Source of the DNA: Phoronis australis | Taxonomy: Eukaryota > Animalia > Phoronida | DNA length: 64,000 nucleotides | NCBI GenBank assembly: GCA_002633005.1 | Contig: NMRA01000777.1 | Coordinates: 1 to 64,000 of the forward strand | Direction: 5' to 3' | Shown: positions 1 through 13,487 of the stretch, piece by piece | Numbering within the stretch: position 1 is the stretch's first letter | Layout: every line of letters starts with the position of its first letter | The notes under the pieces: model-generated | Databases searched by the model: none | Told to the model about the DNA's origin: nothing | The model's input: the letters and a program-made list of their open reading frames with translations, nothing else | Translations under genes and position numbers: made by a program

Positions 1-1885
1 TGGTGTCAGCTTATCGCTTGAAGTCATCGTTTAACACCAATAAATCATCAAACTTCGATGTAAAACCCTTAAAAATGTACCGAGTTATTATAAAAACGTG
101 TTGTTTTATTTTGCTCTTACGGATTTATTGGTATTTAGACACACCATAGCCTAAAAAGTTCGGCAGGCTAATAAGGTTCGTAGCAGGAGTTTGCGGTCTG
201 TTCGGAGATAATTTCGAAGTATTTTCCGTGAGATACAGACAAGAGAACCTAGATCTGTGTTGTTTAGACTTGTGATTTTTTGAGTTCCAAACACAAAACG
301 CTTGTTATCCTGGCCAGTGGCTCGGAGCCCGATCAGGCCCGTCGCGGCCGGACGGATTGACTTGAGTTATCCCGGCCAGTGGCTCAGAAACTGATCAGAC
401 AAACTTCAGTGGAAACTAAACTTCGAGTCAAGAAAATACTATACTAGTGAGCCAAAGTAATGTGCACGTGATTATGTTGGTGAATTAGCCACGAAACTGC
501 AAATTAATCTACTTACTCGTCGGGGCCGCGAATTCACTCAGGTTCCGCTTTGGCCACAGCACCGTCAGGGCAGAAGTTGTACATTGACAATCATTATTTG
601 AGTAATGTAAACGTAAATAAAGATTCCCCTAACACCTGGCCGTGGGATGGAAATCGAGTTGTTTCACAACAATTTCTGCCAGCAAACACTAAATTAGCAT
701 GAGCTCACACGGCCTCGGTGTCCCGTCAATTAGTTTTATTGCACCTAAAGCCGGTAATGCAGTGATTTATTCATTCCTGACTTCTCAAATCATTTGCACT
801 CACGAACCCTCCAAAGGCATTACAAATTGCATCTAATGAGACAGACTTTGTTTCAGTTTCATATAAGTATTGGTTAGGGTGAGAATAATTCATTTTGAAA
901 CAGAACGCGCAGTAATAAACGCCAACATGGCAACTCACAATCCCGACTGAGGACGAGCTAGAGCGGCTCATCAATCCCGACTTCGCAGGTGGATCGTTAA
1001 GTTTTACAGGCTATCAATTCGAACAGGAATACAATGAATGAAGAAATACTAGAGAGGCGCCGTGAACAAGCTCAGACAACGGAACGTATGGAGTTATTTG
1101 GTAAGCCGGCATTCGTCAGGCACTGTCGACTGCAGGCCACAGACACGGAGATGTTTCACGGCCTCATACTTGCTATTTACAGCGTACATTTCATTCTTCA
1201 CTACCATGAGGCACTTCCTAAGCATTTCGGACTCTCGAGGAAATAAAAAAAAAACGATATACCCGCTTTCCTCGCAACTGCTTAGGTCGGACAAGCGGGA
1301 ACGATGCACCGCAACGTAGCGGCATTCACTCTGCATATGAACCACTGACGTCGCTAGCATCTTTTCTCACCTTCCTCACAGGTTAACGCGACACCTCTTG
1401 GCAAGGTAAGGTCGACCGTATGCGAGGCGATGTGGATATAGACCGATTAAGACGGCAAAAAAGACTAATTAAATTGGGTGGCATTGGCCTTTAAAATTAA
1501 GAAAACTGTGTTTTCTCCATAATATAGGTGAAATTGGCCTTCATGGCTACAAACTTTCATAACCTCTCTCTCCGGAATAGCTTAATGACAATAATATATA
1601 AACGTAAGAGTATTCTCACAAGTTGCAAATCAGGTGTTTTGTACAATAGGCCTGGCCTATGTTGCCAGTACACGTCCAGTGCAATTTAAGCATTGGACCA
1701 CCAGTATCGTACAGGTGTCCTAAAATGACTCTTGGTAAATTTTTCGTTATTTGTGACATTGCAGTCGGCCTTTCAAGAATTAAAAATTACCATTTTGGCA
1801 AAATAATTTGTGCAAAATAACACAAGATTTAGTCCAATTCTTATGATTACCAACGACACTTCAAGTCTCCACACAAAACAATCAC

Positions 1886-2251
1886 CTGTGTCACAAAGCA
1901 ATGTTTCCCTGTTGTTCTTGTCCTTAACAACCAGTTGACTCAAGCAGTTAGCACAAGGTGCCCAAGACCATACATTCACCCTTTCAGTAGGATCAGTGAT
2001 AATGTTGTCTTCAGGTGGCAGTCTAGTGCTTAGCTTAAAGTACGGGGAAATAACTGAATCTGTTGTTTCATAGTTTGTGACTATGTTTTGAACACAACAA
2101 TCCATCATAGTGTTTTGCATTGACGGCCCTGGATTTGTCATGCCTTCAGCCATGTCTTGCTTATAACACTCGCAGTTTGTTTTAGTATTTTGGTCATCAT
2201 TGGCTCTCACTGTCTTCCATATATCACCCACAACATGCTGAACAAATATAC
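1886..2251 (-). CDS. PRIMPOL: PRIMPOL exon (variable linker plus motif C); gene continues beyond the left edge
   Basis: AG/GT-bounded exon, phase 1 at both ends, translating GIFVQHVV...LSQLVVKDKNNRETLLCDTG. This matches the PrimPol region leading to motif C (human ...HLFVDLGVYTRNRNF). Confidence 0.85.
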
Positions 2252-2695
2252 CTAAAAATAACAAATTAGTAGATGTAAAAGCATAAAGAAAGAATTATCT
2301 AGAATAAAAGTACAATGACATCTTAGGTAAAAATATCAACAGCTGCTAACATAACGTTTGAACAACAGTTACATTTCTATGGCAAAAGCAGTTCATTTAA
2401 GAACCTTTAAAATGAAGTACAGAACTACAAACACAAAAATTGGATTGCATAGCTAATTGGACCACACCATTGGATGCAGTCATAGTGTCAAATGATATAA
2501 TACCAAATATATTTGTACTGAATAAACACATTCGCAACAGGTAATTGGTGAATGCGGATCATAGGTAAAGTGAATGTCCCTCCCATGTTTTGTAGTGACT
2601 AAGCCTCGCATAAACACCATTTACTAAAATATATCAGTCTGAATGGACAAACTGAGCTATAATAGTACATTCTAAAATGAACGCTGGTTTCATAC

Positions 2696-2843
2696 CAGCT
2701 TGTGCGTTGTCTTTGAAAGCCACATTGGGAATATTGAAGATAAGGTGTTGGCTAAACTTGCTGTCAGAGCTTGAGTCTAGTTGAAGAATATGGCTTGGTT
2801 CACAGGACACACCAAACTCTTGATGAAGCTTATAGACTAGAAA
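2696..2843 (-). CDS. PRIMPOL: PRIMPOL exon containing motif B (SxH)
   Basis: Translates FLVYKLHQEFGVSCEPSHILQLDSSSDSKFSQHLIFNIPNVAFKDNAQAG. CAG acceptor and GTATG donor; phases agree with neighbouring exons. Confidence 0.92.
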
Positions 2844-3385
2844 CTGAAAGTAGGCACAAGCGGTACATTGACAACTAACAAGGTCTGTGCTTTGATAACG
2901 TTCAGACCAACACAAAGTAAACTGATGGTCAAGTGATAAAACTGAGTGTCCTTGACATGGGCATCAAACCCAAAGAAATTTGTGCTCTACACAGGAGCTA
3001 CACTAACAGAGACATCATGTCAGACAAAGCTGTGTGAATGTTAACTATCACTAATGTTTTCAAACATCGTTCTGAGGATGACCACAGCAACTGACAGTTG
3101 AAAATATGCAGTCCATAGAAAGAACTCAATTGTGTCTCATGAAATTTGCATGACTGACGTAACATTAACCTTGCATTCCAAAAGATGAACTTCATAAACC
3201 CATTTTAGGCAGACGATCTAATCTCTGAACTCCAACCAACTCCACTCAGACTCAAAATTTAACCAGTCATGTCACATTATTTGAGTGGAAATTTCTAAGT
3301 TTACTCAAAGGGCACCATGAAAATTTTTTATACAAATTTCCAGTACAGGCATTAGACCCCATGCCCAGGTATCATGCTAACATAC

Positions 3386-3524
3386 CTTAATAAATAATTT
3401 CACTATTTTATAACCATCATGGTTTGGGTTGAGATCTTTTGAAAACTCCAAGTCAAAGTAGAGCTTGCAGACAGCACCCTCTGGTATGATTTCGTAGTGG
3501 TGTCGCTGGTCTCCAAACAACTGA
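3386..3524 (-). CDS. PRIMPOL: PRIMPOL exon containing catalytic motif A (DxE)
   Basis: Translates QLFGDQRHHYEIIPEGAVCKLYFDLEFSKDLNPNHDGYKIVKLFIK, matching PrimPol YEVIPENAVCKLYFDLEF. TAG acceptor, GTATGT donor. Confidence 0.95.
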
Positions 3525-3947
3525 CTACAAAAATGCAAGTCACTCATACAAACTACTACCTCATTTAATGTTATGAAATGCTGTTTGTATACCTCAGTTG
3601 GCTTTGCCAAGCTCTTCAGAAAATGTGCTCAGGGCAAATGAAGTTTACTGACATAATTAACCCCCTATTCCAAACCAGGCCTGTGAGAATGGGTTTGCTG
3701 AGTAATTGGATTGAAAATTGCTCAAACAGCTCTTTCTACATATACTTTCATATGATCCTTGCTTGTAAGCCTGGTTGTGTGGTTTCACGTGGAAGTCTCA
3801 AGGAAGTAGTGATTTAAATGTTCAAGTAAGTAAAAAAAGTCAGGCAGTCGGCCACTTTTGCAAGGTGCACTGAATTAATAGAAGTGACTGCCAGAAGCCT
3901 TGAATGAATCAAAGTTAAATCGTGGAAAAGGCTGGTAGTTTTCTCAC

Positions 3948-4045
3948 CTGTAATAATGCCAGAAGTGCTCATAACTACACACGAGGTACATACGCTTCCC
4001 TGGTTCCGATAAAGTTGGACTCTCAAACGCAAACACTTTCAAATC
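3948..4045 (-). CDS. PRIMPOL: PRIMPOL exon
   Basis: Manual translation DLKVFAFESPTLSEPGKRMYLVCSYEHFWHYY(S), similar to human DVHVFALE...GQRIYLVTTYAEFWFYY. AAG acceptor, GTGAG donor; phase 2 fits the next exon. Confidence 0.9.
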
Positions 4046-5609
4046 CTTCAATCAAAATCCCACTAGTAAGTTACACAATCGCTGAGAAATGGACAAGGGT
4101 GTCATGAAACACATATAACATAAGTTAGAATTACACTAAAATATCACCACTTTCAAAAAAGTATAATTGCAACAATGCCCTTTTCCATTTTTCAAGGGTT
4201 TCTAACATTATGAATGTCCACAGTTTTCCAAAACATTGCTTGGTGGCATCTGTGGAACAAAACATGAACATGGGAAATCATTTAATGTTGTGCTAATACG
4301 TTTCATGGAAAAATGATAAAATAAAATTTCACTTATTGACCACGTTGCGTCCTAACTTCCTGAGAATTTAGGAAACACAGAATCAAAACAAGACATCTTT
4401 TCTTTCCTTTTAAAGCAGCTGAAGCAAATATTCACAAAAAAGAGGCTTATAAAGATCAAGACTACGAAGGCATTTTCAGTTTTATTGTTCAAATTCTAAA
4501 AGATTTTTTAAACTCACAAATCAAATGGTTAGCAGTCAGGTTGTGGGGTTTCAAGCAAAAAGACACAAATAATAAAGTTTCTGTACTGTGAATAATGAAA
4601 GGTCACTCAGACATAACCAGGGATGCTAATCAGAGTGAAATCGGAAAAGTGGGGTTGACTTTATATCTCTGTAATTATCAAATGAAATCCAGCATGTACA
4701 AAATCATTCCAGGCTCAGACTAACCATTCATGTACCCATTGTGCCATAAACAAAATAATTCTAAGTTGAAGTCATATATTTGTAAAAACACATGAACACG
4801 AAAATTAAAAAGTTATCATCAATGCTCTGTGATATTTGCTTAAATATTTCTTTAGTGCTGTTTTGGATAGACACGTTACATAGTGTTACTAAGACACACA
4901 TATCATGCATTCCACATCTGCAGAATGCCACAGAATGACCTATTGAATAATAAAGTCACAATGAACTTGTCAACATAAGAACAACACTAATCGTGGGTGA
5001 ATGTTTTACATTTAAAGACTGGTTTTCACTGATTTTTGCTAATAATGAATCCGGCAATGTCTTATCACACTAAGTGATTCGTACAACACTTGTTGGAAGG
5101 CTAGATATGTTCAATACTGCGGTTTGCAAGTCAAAGTGCAATTGGCAGGATTGTATATTTATTTGTCAGTATACTAGTCAGTGGCTTATGTTTTCTCTTG
5201 TTTTACTTTAACCGATTATAACTAAATTGACTAGAACTTGGTTATCAAGGTCACAAACCAACATTCTGGCATAGCCCCTTTAGATACCTCTATATCGAAA
5301 CAGATTGTGCAGTAGGCCTCTGATGGGGTTCATTGACAATGCAGGAACAAATAAGGATGTTTCAAGGATTCAAGAAAACTATGTGAGGTGGCGTGACTGC
5401 AAACAGACATCAAGGAGCTGCAGTTTCACGGGTCACCAAATAAAGGGAAATCGGCTCTAAAAACATCAAAGTATGTACGTGGAAAACTTGAAGGTAAAAG
5501 CTGTCTAATCAAAATTTCAACATGTTCTGCATCAGCTCTGGTATCAAACAACAGCGCTAAGTTACATGGTTCTGTTCAAGTGAAAGGCTGTGTGCAGAAC
5601 TTCACAAAC

Positions 5610-5688
5610 CTGAGAAGACAAATGAGCAAAGTCAAATGCTTCTTGTTGTCTGTAAAACGTCTGCCTCAAGATGCAGGGAGCATCCAAC
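5610..5688 (-). CDS. PRIMPOL: PRIMPOL exon
   Basis: Manual translation (R)LDAPCILRQTFYRQQEAFDFAHLSSQ, similar to human WRLFHRQAQAFNF. Polypyrimidine-CAG acceptor and GT donor. Confidence 0.85.
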
Positions 5689-6812
5689 CTGAAATACAAA
5701 AATAACAATGATTGAGAATTGATTTACACACTTGAAGGGGCAACATCAACTTTGAAAAAATTAGACATAAGCATTCCAAGACCTATGAAAGAAGAATACA
5801 AGGCAGTTCCATATTTTTCATTCAGCAAGTCGCCATAATATTGAGTCAGTGAGGTGTACATAGGATAGACAGACGCTGAGAAAAATGAAGACAAAATGCA
5901 TAAATACGTCGACATAGAGAACAAATCCACCCAGTCCGAGTCGCGGTACTGGACTCTGTGACTTTGTGTTCACAAACACAGCAAGTTGTGAAAAGAGATA
6001 AATACTCACTCAAATTCATTAATTTGAAAGGTTATTTGACATTATGCTCACAATGTGCTTTAACTACCCACTCGATTTGTGGCGTCAACAGTTGGCCCCG
6101 CCTTGATCCAACTAGGCTCGATCACAAGGCACGAATTTAAAACGTTTTAGTAATAATTAAGTTAATTACGCACTGTAAATTTAGTTGATAGTGCGAGTTA
6201 ATGTTGAAATTAGCAAACACGGTTAAGGCACGTATAAATAATATTGACCAAAAACAAGTTTTCACCGAATAATTAAGCGATAACTGATTTTGAAGACTCG
6301 TGTTTTCCGTGCTTTCTCAGCTTCCGCAAATCGACTTAATTTCAACTTAGGAACACTAGTTCTCAAAAACAGTACAGTGAATTTCAATGAAACACTCCAA
6401 TGTTAATATTTTTTCATCAGTCTTAAAAACAGTGTTGCGATTTTCCTTTTAAACGTCTACTTTTTGCATACCTTAAGATAGATGACAACTTCAATTTTTA
6501 CAAAAATACCTTACGTTATGCCAGTCAATTTGAAAGAAACAAATTAAACTAAATGAATAATTGAAGATTCCTAACAGCGTTTTTGATGTAAATTGTGAAC
6601 TTTTCATTTAAAAAGGGTTTCATTAAAATCTACCAAGGGGTTAGTATGCTGTGGATGTACCCTTCTTAAAAATGAAATTTTGACTTAAAAAGATGTTAAC
6701 ATAATAATAATAATAATAATATTAATGGTACATCACTACAAAACATATTTTTATAATCTTTGATCTTTTTTATTTCATAAAATATATAGTTTTACTAGTT
6801 GACATAGCCAGT

Positions 6813-6968
6813 TTTTTGATATATGAGTTAGAATGAAGGCCACTAAATAAATTTGGAGTTAACCTTAAGTGAAGATCAGGAGCATGCACATTTTTGATAT
6901 ATGAGTTAAAATGAAGGCCACTAAATAAATTTGGAGTTAACCTTAAGTGAAGATCAGGAGCATGCGCA
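6813..6968. repeat. Tandem duplication, 2 x 78 bp, in a PRIMPOL intron
   Basis: TTTTTGATATATGAGTTA...GATCAGGAGCATGCRCA occurs at 6813 and 6891 with about two mismatches. Confidence 0.9.
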
Positions 6969-7440
6969 TATATGTAAAACATTTAAGCAAGAACTTTTTG
7001 AAAATCCACTATTTCAAATATAGGCGCATGGACCTAAAATACACGCATACAGTAGTTTCACATGACTGATAATACAAATTTAAAGCTGCTGCAAACCATT
7101 TTCTGATGTCAAAAACAACTTATTTCAAAGAAAAGATGCAATAGATATTCCAAACTCCATTGCTCCATTAAAAAAGCAGATTGATAAGAAATTGCTAAAT
7201 GGCAGTACACACATCAGAGCAGGACCATTTACGTGGACATATAAAATCATAAAACTGAAACTTGTGATGTTGTGTGATGAGCATGTTGTTTTAGTTCGTC
7301 AGCTCACTCTTAACAGTGTCCATAACGTACTTGAGAACTAGTAAATCCACTTCTGACTCCGTGGCAAGAGATCAGTACAACACAGCCAAAAAAGCCTGGA
7401 TACCCCGCAATAGCAGGTAAACTCAAGATCTGGCATTTAC

Positions 7441-7518
7441 CTTGACCTGTACTGCTTTATCACAGGTGCTGTTTTCAGTTTCCTTTCTGCATGTTCCAGT
7501 CTCGTCTCCCAGTCTATC
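7441..7518 (-). CDS. PRIMPOL: PRIMPOL N-terminal helix exon
   Basis: Manual translation IDWETRLEHAERKLKTAPVIKQYRS(R), similar to human KWEAKLKQIEER...PLSSVYRPR. TAG acceptor, GTAAAT donor, phase-consistent. Confidence 0.78.
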
Positions 7519-8343
7519 CTACAACCAAAAAAATTAACTTTGGAATCATCAAATTGCAACAGGCTTATTGTCACTGAGAAGAGTCTCAGGAAACAACAGT
7601 AGACAAGTAAGGACTTCGCTTAATTGTGAAACAACACAATGAAAACTAGTCTATACTTCATTTCAAGTGCTGAAAGACCTTTTTTTCAAAAGCTATGTAA
7701 ACTGACATCACTAGCAAGTGGCAGATGGAGAGAGTGCTGCCTGGTAGTGGTGGATCCAGAGTTGCTGAGGGCTAATTTCGTGACAATAGGGGTGTTACTG
7801 AAATGAGTACCAAGGCGGTGTACCAGTTTCGTGGACTGAGCATTGTATCACATGACTTCCGAAAGTGACGTAGATTCGATAAAGACTCTCCATATTGCTT
7901 GCAAATATCTGTAAACAATTGTCTGTTGGCCGACCTGACGTTTGGTTCCCACGCCGCAGCATACTGGGTTTGTTCAAGTCTCAATACCTACATGGACCAC
8001 AGGGTTTCCAATGTGTTGGCTGAGTGTCTAAACCATTCTGCTATGAATTGTCGCTTGGCACATGATTTAGAGAGGATTTATTGAATTGTACATCAAGCCT
8101 GGAAGTCACATGATACAACAATCTTTCCCTTCTGCGGAACGAAGCTACAGATATCAACAACACCCTCGTTCTGGAATGTGTCGTTATGGTCAGGATCCAC
8201 CACCACCAGACTGGCACCTTCTCCACCCGCCTCCAAGAGCAATTATAATTGTAGTGCAAGACACTGTAAGTGTACACATTTTTGACACCTATTCAAACTC
8301 TGGAATAGTGTCACCAAAGAGAAAATCTATTAAGTCAAGGTAC

Positions 8344-8396
8344 CTACATTTAAACCAGGGTTCACAGCGTGATAGTCGAGAGTTAAAACCATCCAC
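8344..8396 (-). CDS. Possible additional upstream PRIMPOL exon
   Basis: tttccttttAG acceptor and AG|GTACC donor. Open and phase-compatible with the 7518 acceptor (VDGFNSRLSRCEPWFKC(R)). No homology support. Confidence 0.3.
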
Positions 8397-9572
8397 CTAA
8401 AAGGAAATTGGCACTTGGCGCAAGCGAATTCGAAGAGAGACTTTATTGGACAGTACGTCAGAGCCAGAAATCAAGCTATACAGCAATCAAAATTATTACA
8501 ACAACTTGAGACCTTTCCCCATAGAGTTATCTCCGCTACCATTGAAGTTTTGATGTAAACTGTGGTTAACCACAAAGTTAAGCAATACTGTCCCCATCAG
8601 CTTCGGAATAATTCAGAAAACTAATTCTGTTAGCGTAAGGTGACGCTAATATGACCTTCACCTTTTACAAGTATGGACCATACACTGTCATCTAATGCAT
8701 TATTTGACCATTCTCCGAAGACGCCAACGTCGCTCTATTAGATCATATATCAAAAAACATTGAATATGACGTAGGCTAACAGCTGATTCAAACAAAGACG
8801 GTTTGGCGAATGGTAGGAACTTGTACTGCATACGTCATACAGTCAGTGACTTTTTTAATGTAAAGAATCCAGCAAATACATGGATAAATTGAAACATAAT
8901 ACTTATACTGCCTAAATAAGAACAAAATATTAACCAGTCATTGTTGGCTGGTGGCAAACACAGTGCCCCCTCTCATTAACTCCAGTAGAGCAGAGTTCCC
9001 AAAGCAGCGAAGTATAGCAATAGCCTAGATTACCCGACAAGACGGGAGTCGAAACAGCGACCCCGATAAAACCAGCAAGTGTGCCAACTAATAGGCAATT
9101 GCTTGTTAGCTAGTGGCTAACGGCTCATATCATTCACCAGAAGCACATCTATAACATTCCTCCTTTCCTACAGAACGGGAAGGTGAACACTATCTGCAGT
9201 ACAGGTGATTAACTTTCCTTTGTGCCTTTACCATCATAACACAGGTGAACACAAAGTTGTCTCTCATATAGGTCCTGTATTCTGGAACTAATAGCATCGC
9301 CATAGACACCATGCTATGAGCGCTGTCCAAGGTTACTATAGTTGGCAGTGCTTCTTTGATATCATTCGTTTGCCAACTACGCCACTTGCATAGGCATCCT
9401 TATCTTGCTTCTGGTCGTCCAAAGTACACTATATAGTATTATACATAATATACAGTGATTCTTTTTGCCGATGTGGTTAAAAAAGTGGTAAGATAAAATC
9501 TGACACAAAATTAGTGTCATTACAAACTACAGTCTTCCTTGGATAAACTAGACCATTTAACTGTGTTGGAAC

Positions 9573-9726
9573 AAATGGCGTTCTACCGTTATTCTGCTGC
9601 TAAAGTTGTGGAGCGATCTTTAGCGATGACTGTCGGTGCCATGAAATATTGCGTCACCTAGTGGCCAGTTTCTTTTTTCGCTGATTCTTCAATCAACTGT
9701 TGTTCTTTCACGAGGTTGCGTACACG
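9573..9726. repeat. Interspersed repeat; inverted diverged copy at ~23508-23655
   Basis: Shared words TTATTCTGCTGCTAAAGTTGTG, GCCATGAAATATTGCGTCACCTA, TTCTTCAATCAACTGTT and CACGAGGTTGCGTACA are found reverse-complemented near 23.5 kb. Confidence 0.75.
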
Positions 9727-11235
9727 TCACAACAAATTATCGGAACTGGTTTCACTTCATTATATGTTTTTAGAATTTTAATACCAGCAAACCGAATTTC
9801 ACAAACTTTCTGCTGCTGCGAATGACTCAAAATTTTAGTACATGGCTCGTGCATATAACACGAGCATAATGTTTTCAAAACGATGACATACTTTTCATTG
9901 TTGCAAAAGGTGGAGAGTCACGCAAGAAAGTGACGTTTATTGCAGTTTTTCACTTAAACGGCTGTAACAAACAAGATGAGTGTCAGTTGATTCTAAGATT
10001 TTGCATGCACCCCGTCCGGTCTTTACTAGCTTTACATGTTGATACAAGTTTCAAGGCAAGTTGACAAGCAGAGCTACCCTAGCTGTGTGCAATTTCGGGG
10101 TCTATAAAAGATTAACATAGTGGTACCCAGCTGTATTTTGATGATCTAGTCTTCATACAGCTAGCTGGCTGGCTAAACCCACAGGCGTCCTCAGCTGATC
10201 ATCCCCAATACACTACATATATAATAATACTACAGGNGGCGCGTGGCGCCGAGCGTGGGGAGGTCGGGAGGGGGGTTTCCCCTCCCGTGTAAGATATTTT
10301 TCTGTTTTTGTAGCCAAATAGTGAAATTTCCATGCACCCTTTAAGTTTCTGGCACTTAACATGTCTCTGGAGTTTTTCTTAAGATAATTAAAAACCCTTC
10401 TTGATTTCGTCACATGAACTTGGCACATAAGTTTCGTGAAACCATATTGTGCACATCTGGGTATGAGTCACGCCACCAGCAAAAATTTTTGTTGGAACAT
10501 CTGCTTACACACACCTTTTTTAGCATACGAAAAGTCATATACAAAAAAGTGTGGTGTGTATACAGGGGCTTAGACAATTTCCAAATATTCAAGAGCATAA
10601 TTAAGGAGCACCGACGGGCCGTAAAAACTTGAATATCAGATGATCGCGTAACAGCAGCCTCAAGTTGTTTAAGAACGAAGACCTGTACTGTTAGTCCGGA
10701 AATAAACATGTGTTCTGTCTCGTTACGAGAAAAACTGGTGAACGATGGTGCTCTCAACTCATATTCTATTACTAAAAGCGACAATGAATAATTAGGTATC
10801 ACTTTATTAAGCTGAATCACGTTGACAACAATTGAAAAACATCAAATCTATCAGGAAACAAATCATCTGAAAACACTTTCACGAAACTAAAACATCCTGT
10901 GCACAGTGGTGAAAAGATACACTGGACTAGTTTGCAGAGAGACCAGATGTACACTGAGAGTACACAAAAAGCTGACCTGGTCCGTCACGAGACCAAGAGT
11001 ACACCTGTGCTTAATATCCCTATAAAAATAGTCGATCTGTCGCGGGACCAAACAGTACTGGCTGAGATAAATAGTTTTACAAAGCACACTNNNNNNNNNN
11101 NNNNNNNNNNNNTACACTGAAACTCAACATCTACACAAATGAAGCTGGCCTGGTCCGTCGCGAGACCTAAAGTGTACTATGCAAAAAAAATTGAATTGAA
11201 AACTTCTCTCTAAAATTTTAATCCCCAGTGGTTAC

Positions 11236-11760
11236 TCATACGTTAGTCCTATCCTTCTGTTGTCTAGACTGTCGAGGAATTTGTATATCGGATTCAATGA
11301 TTTGCTCGTCTTGGAACCATTCTACCCAGATATCTTCGATGTTTGTTCCCAACGCTTGCACTTTGTCAACTGCTGTGTCAATGAGCTTGCAAGCCTCTAC
11401 AATGTTAGCATCTCTTTTCGCAGACCCTTGAGGTTGCCAAGTCCATTCAAAAGACTTACATACGCAACTGATCCGTTCACCATGGACTACTTCAAACCTT
11501 GACGAAGCATCTTAGGACCTATTTGCATCTCCTTGTAATTTTCGAAATAAACGTCCCAATGTCTGAACGCTTGAAACCCGAAGTACTAATATCAAATAAA
11601 TGCCCATGGGCATGAACGTTTCATCGGGTGAGCCTTTCTGCGGAAATTCCCAGTATAGAAGACGGCAGCGTGCTTATTGCAGGTAGACAGGCGGTAGGTG
11701 TTGAGGTCGGAACTAGGGCTCCTTAGGAGGCCTACTGAACATCGCACGAGTCCCGCAAGA
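11236..11760 (-). pseudogene. Degenerate hAT-family transposase fragment (THAP12/PRKRIR-like)
   Basis: The minus strand reads ...KRDANIVEACKLIDTAVDKVQALGTNIEDIWVEWFQDEQIIESDIQIPRQSRQQKDRTNV, resembling the hAT region ending PR...RQ..R.N. Frameshifted and interrupted by stops upstream. Confidence 0.6.
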
Positions 11761-11967
11761 CTTTGTTGTGAAAGAATAGCCTCCCCGCAATTTCTGGTAC
11801 TGTACACTTTTCGCAAATGCGGTCACTTTCTCAATGTGAGTGCCCCCTTGGTCATTCCTTGTATAGACATAACTTGTTATAGAGTGTGTCTTCAAACGGA
11901 CTCGCGACCAGACAACGGCGCCCGTTAGAATAGCAATTCTTCGGAAAAAGAATTTTTTCAAAAATAT

Positions 11968-12038
11968 TACATGTACATGTACATGTACACAATATTACAT
12001 GTACACTCATGTGCACAATATTACATGTACATGTACAC
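11968..12038. repeat. (TACATG)n low-complexity repeat
   Basis: Repeated palindromic ACATGT units. Confidence 0.8.
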
Positions 12039-13196
12039 TGAATGATAGGCTATTGCGCAAAACAACTTTACTATACATCAGTTACAAACGTGTGGAGTGT
12101 CAGTAATAGAATGGCACGGCATGACAGATGAGGTAAAAACGTTGCACGTCAATTCGCCTGAATATCAGGGTTTCGGCACCGCAGTATTTCCCCTAATCAA
12201 ATCAAAACATATCTTAGAGTAAAGAAGCTAGTTACCTAAAGAAATCAGCTATAGTACTGCTCTTTCAGCGGTGAATCCATCTAAAATGCTTGGCTACTTC
12301 AGAAGTGTCGACGGAAGCACGCGCCGGCACAATAAATCCCCGCGCGTTTTGCCGATGAGCCACAAAGACTCAGCAATTCACAATGCAAAAAATTATATTT
12401 TCAGAGTGAACACCCCTCTCATTTTTTTCCAAGTTGGTTTACTTGGGGTTTACACACGCTGGCGGTGCCGTTTTTGTTTTGCTTGAGACGCTTTTGTTTT
12501 TTTAATTTTTGGGTCCTGGCCCGAGGGGGGGTTTAAACCCCCTGAACNAACCCCCCCCGTAGATCCGCCACTGTTGAGTTACTCGAGACTTTCTGATGTC
12601 TTTTTTAAAAGTCACCAGAAAGTTAAAAACTTGTTTACACGGAAAACTGTGCAACAGCTTTTTATGCCCATGGATGTGCACTTTAAATAGATAATTATAC
12701 TTTAAATTTATAACAATATACTAATGCCATCTGCGTGTGAATTTAAATCACATTAATAAATGAAAGAACATGAGATATAAAGACATCAGAACCTAACACT
12801 GCCTTCGCGTGTGTTCATAATCGTTCATTCATTGTGTTGATCTGTAAATAACTTGGTGTATTAGGGACTACGTTCTGTTTCATCGAGGTGTCCTCGGCCG
12901 GGACAGGGGAGTCAGCGTATTATAGTATGCGTTTGACAGCCGTAACCTATAGTAAGTGCATTGTTATACTCACGTACTGCAAGATAGTTTGCATATATTA
13001 TACACCAGCGGCACTCGCATGGAATTTGAGACCCTACTACATGCTCTCGCCAGGCTCTCTCAGCTGGATCCGAATCCGGACATTGTCATATTTGCAACAG
13101 ACTAAATGACTGTCCTGTCTAAGATATGCTCTGGCAATCTGTCATCTTACTAGCTCATTTTCCGTGCCAAGCATCCATCCCTGGCTGTGGTGTGGA

Positions 13197-13353
13197 CAGG
13201 GGCGGAGCCAGGATTTTGAGGGGCCAGGACAGAGTATTAGCCAAGGTTTTACCTGTCAGACATTCGCACCACCCGGACTGCCAAATGAATTTCTGGGAGA
13301 TATTCAGGAACTCCATGGTACCCATACCCCCTCCCCCCTAAATCCGCCACTGC
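13197..13353. mobile_element. Short non-autonomous DNA element (CAG(T/G)GGCGGA...TCCGCCACTG family)
   Basis: Imperfect terminal inverted repeats CAGGGGCGGA / TCCGCCACTG. The same right terminus recurs at about 12572 and 15396. Confidence 0.55.
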
Positions 13354-13487
13354 TGGATATGTGTGCTTGAACATGCCTGCGTCCAAGCAAACGAAAGAGC
13401 GGCGGCCGGATCACGTGGCTGGGGCATCTAACGACAAGTCTTGTAATTTGTACTCTTCGAGATCACTGACTTGGCACTCTTGATCCA

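Noticed and set aside
6770-6982. ORF with a duplicated 26-aa unit
   Set aside because: Consequence of a 78-bp intronic tandem duplication; no splice or homology support.
7772-8400. Cluster of short ORFs on both strands
   Set aside because: No recognisable homology and stops in all frames. Only a 53-bp candidate exon is retained, at low confidence.
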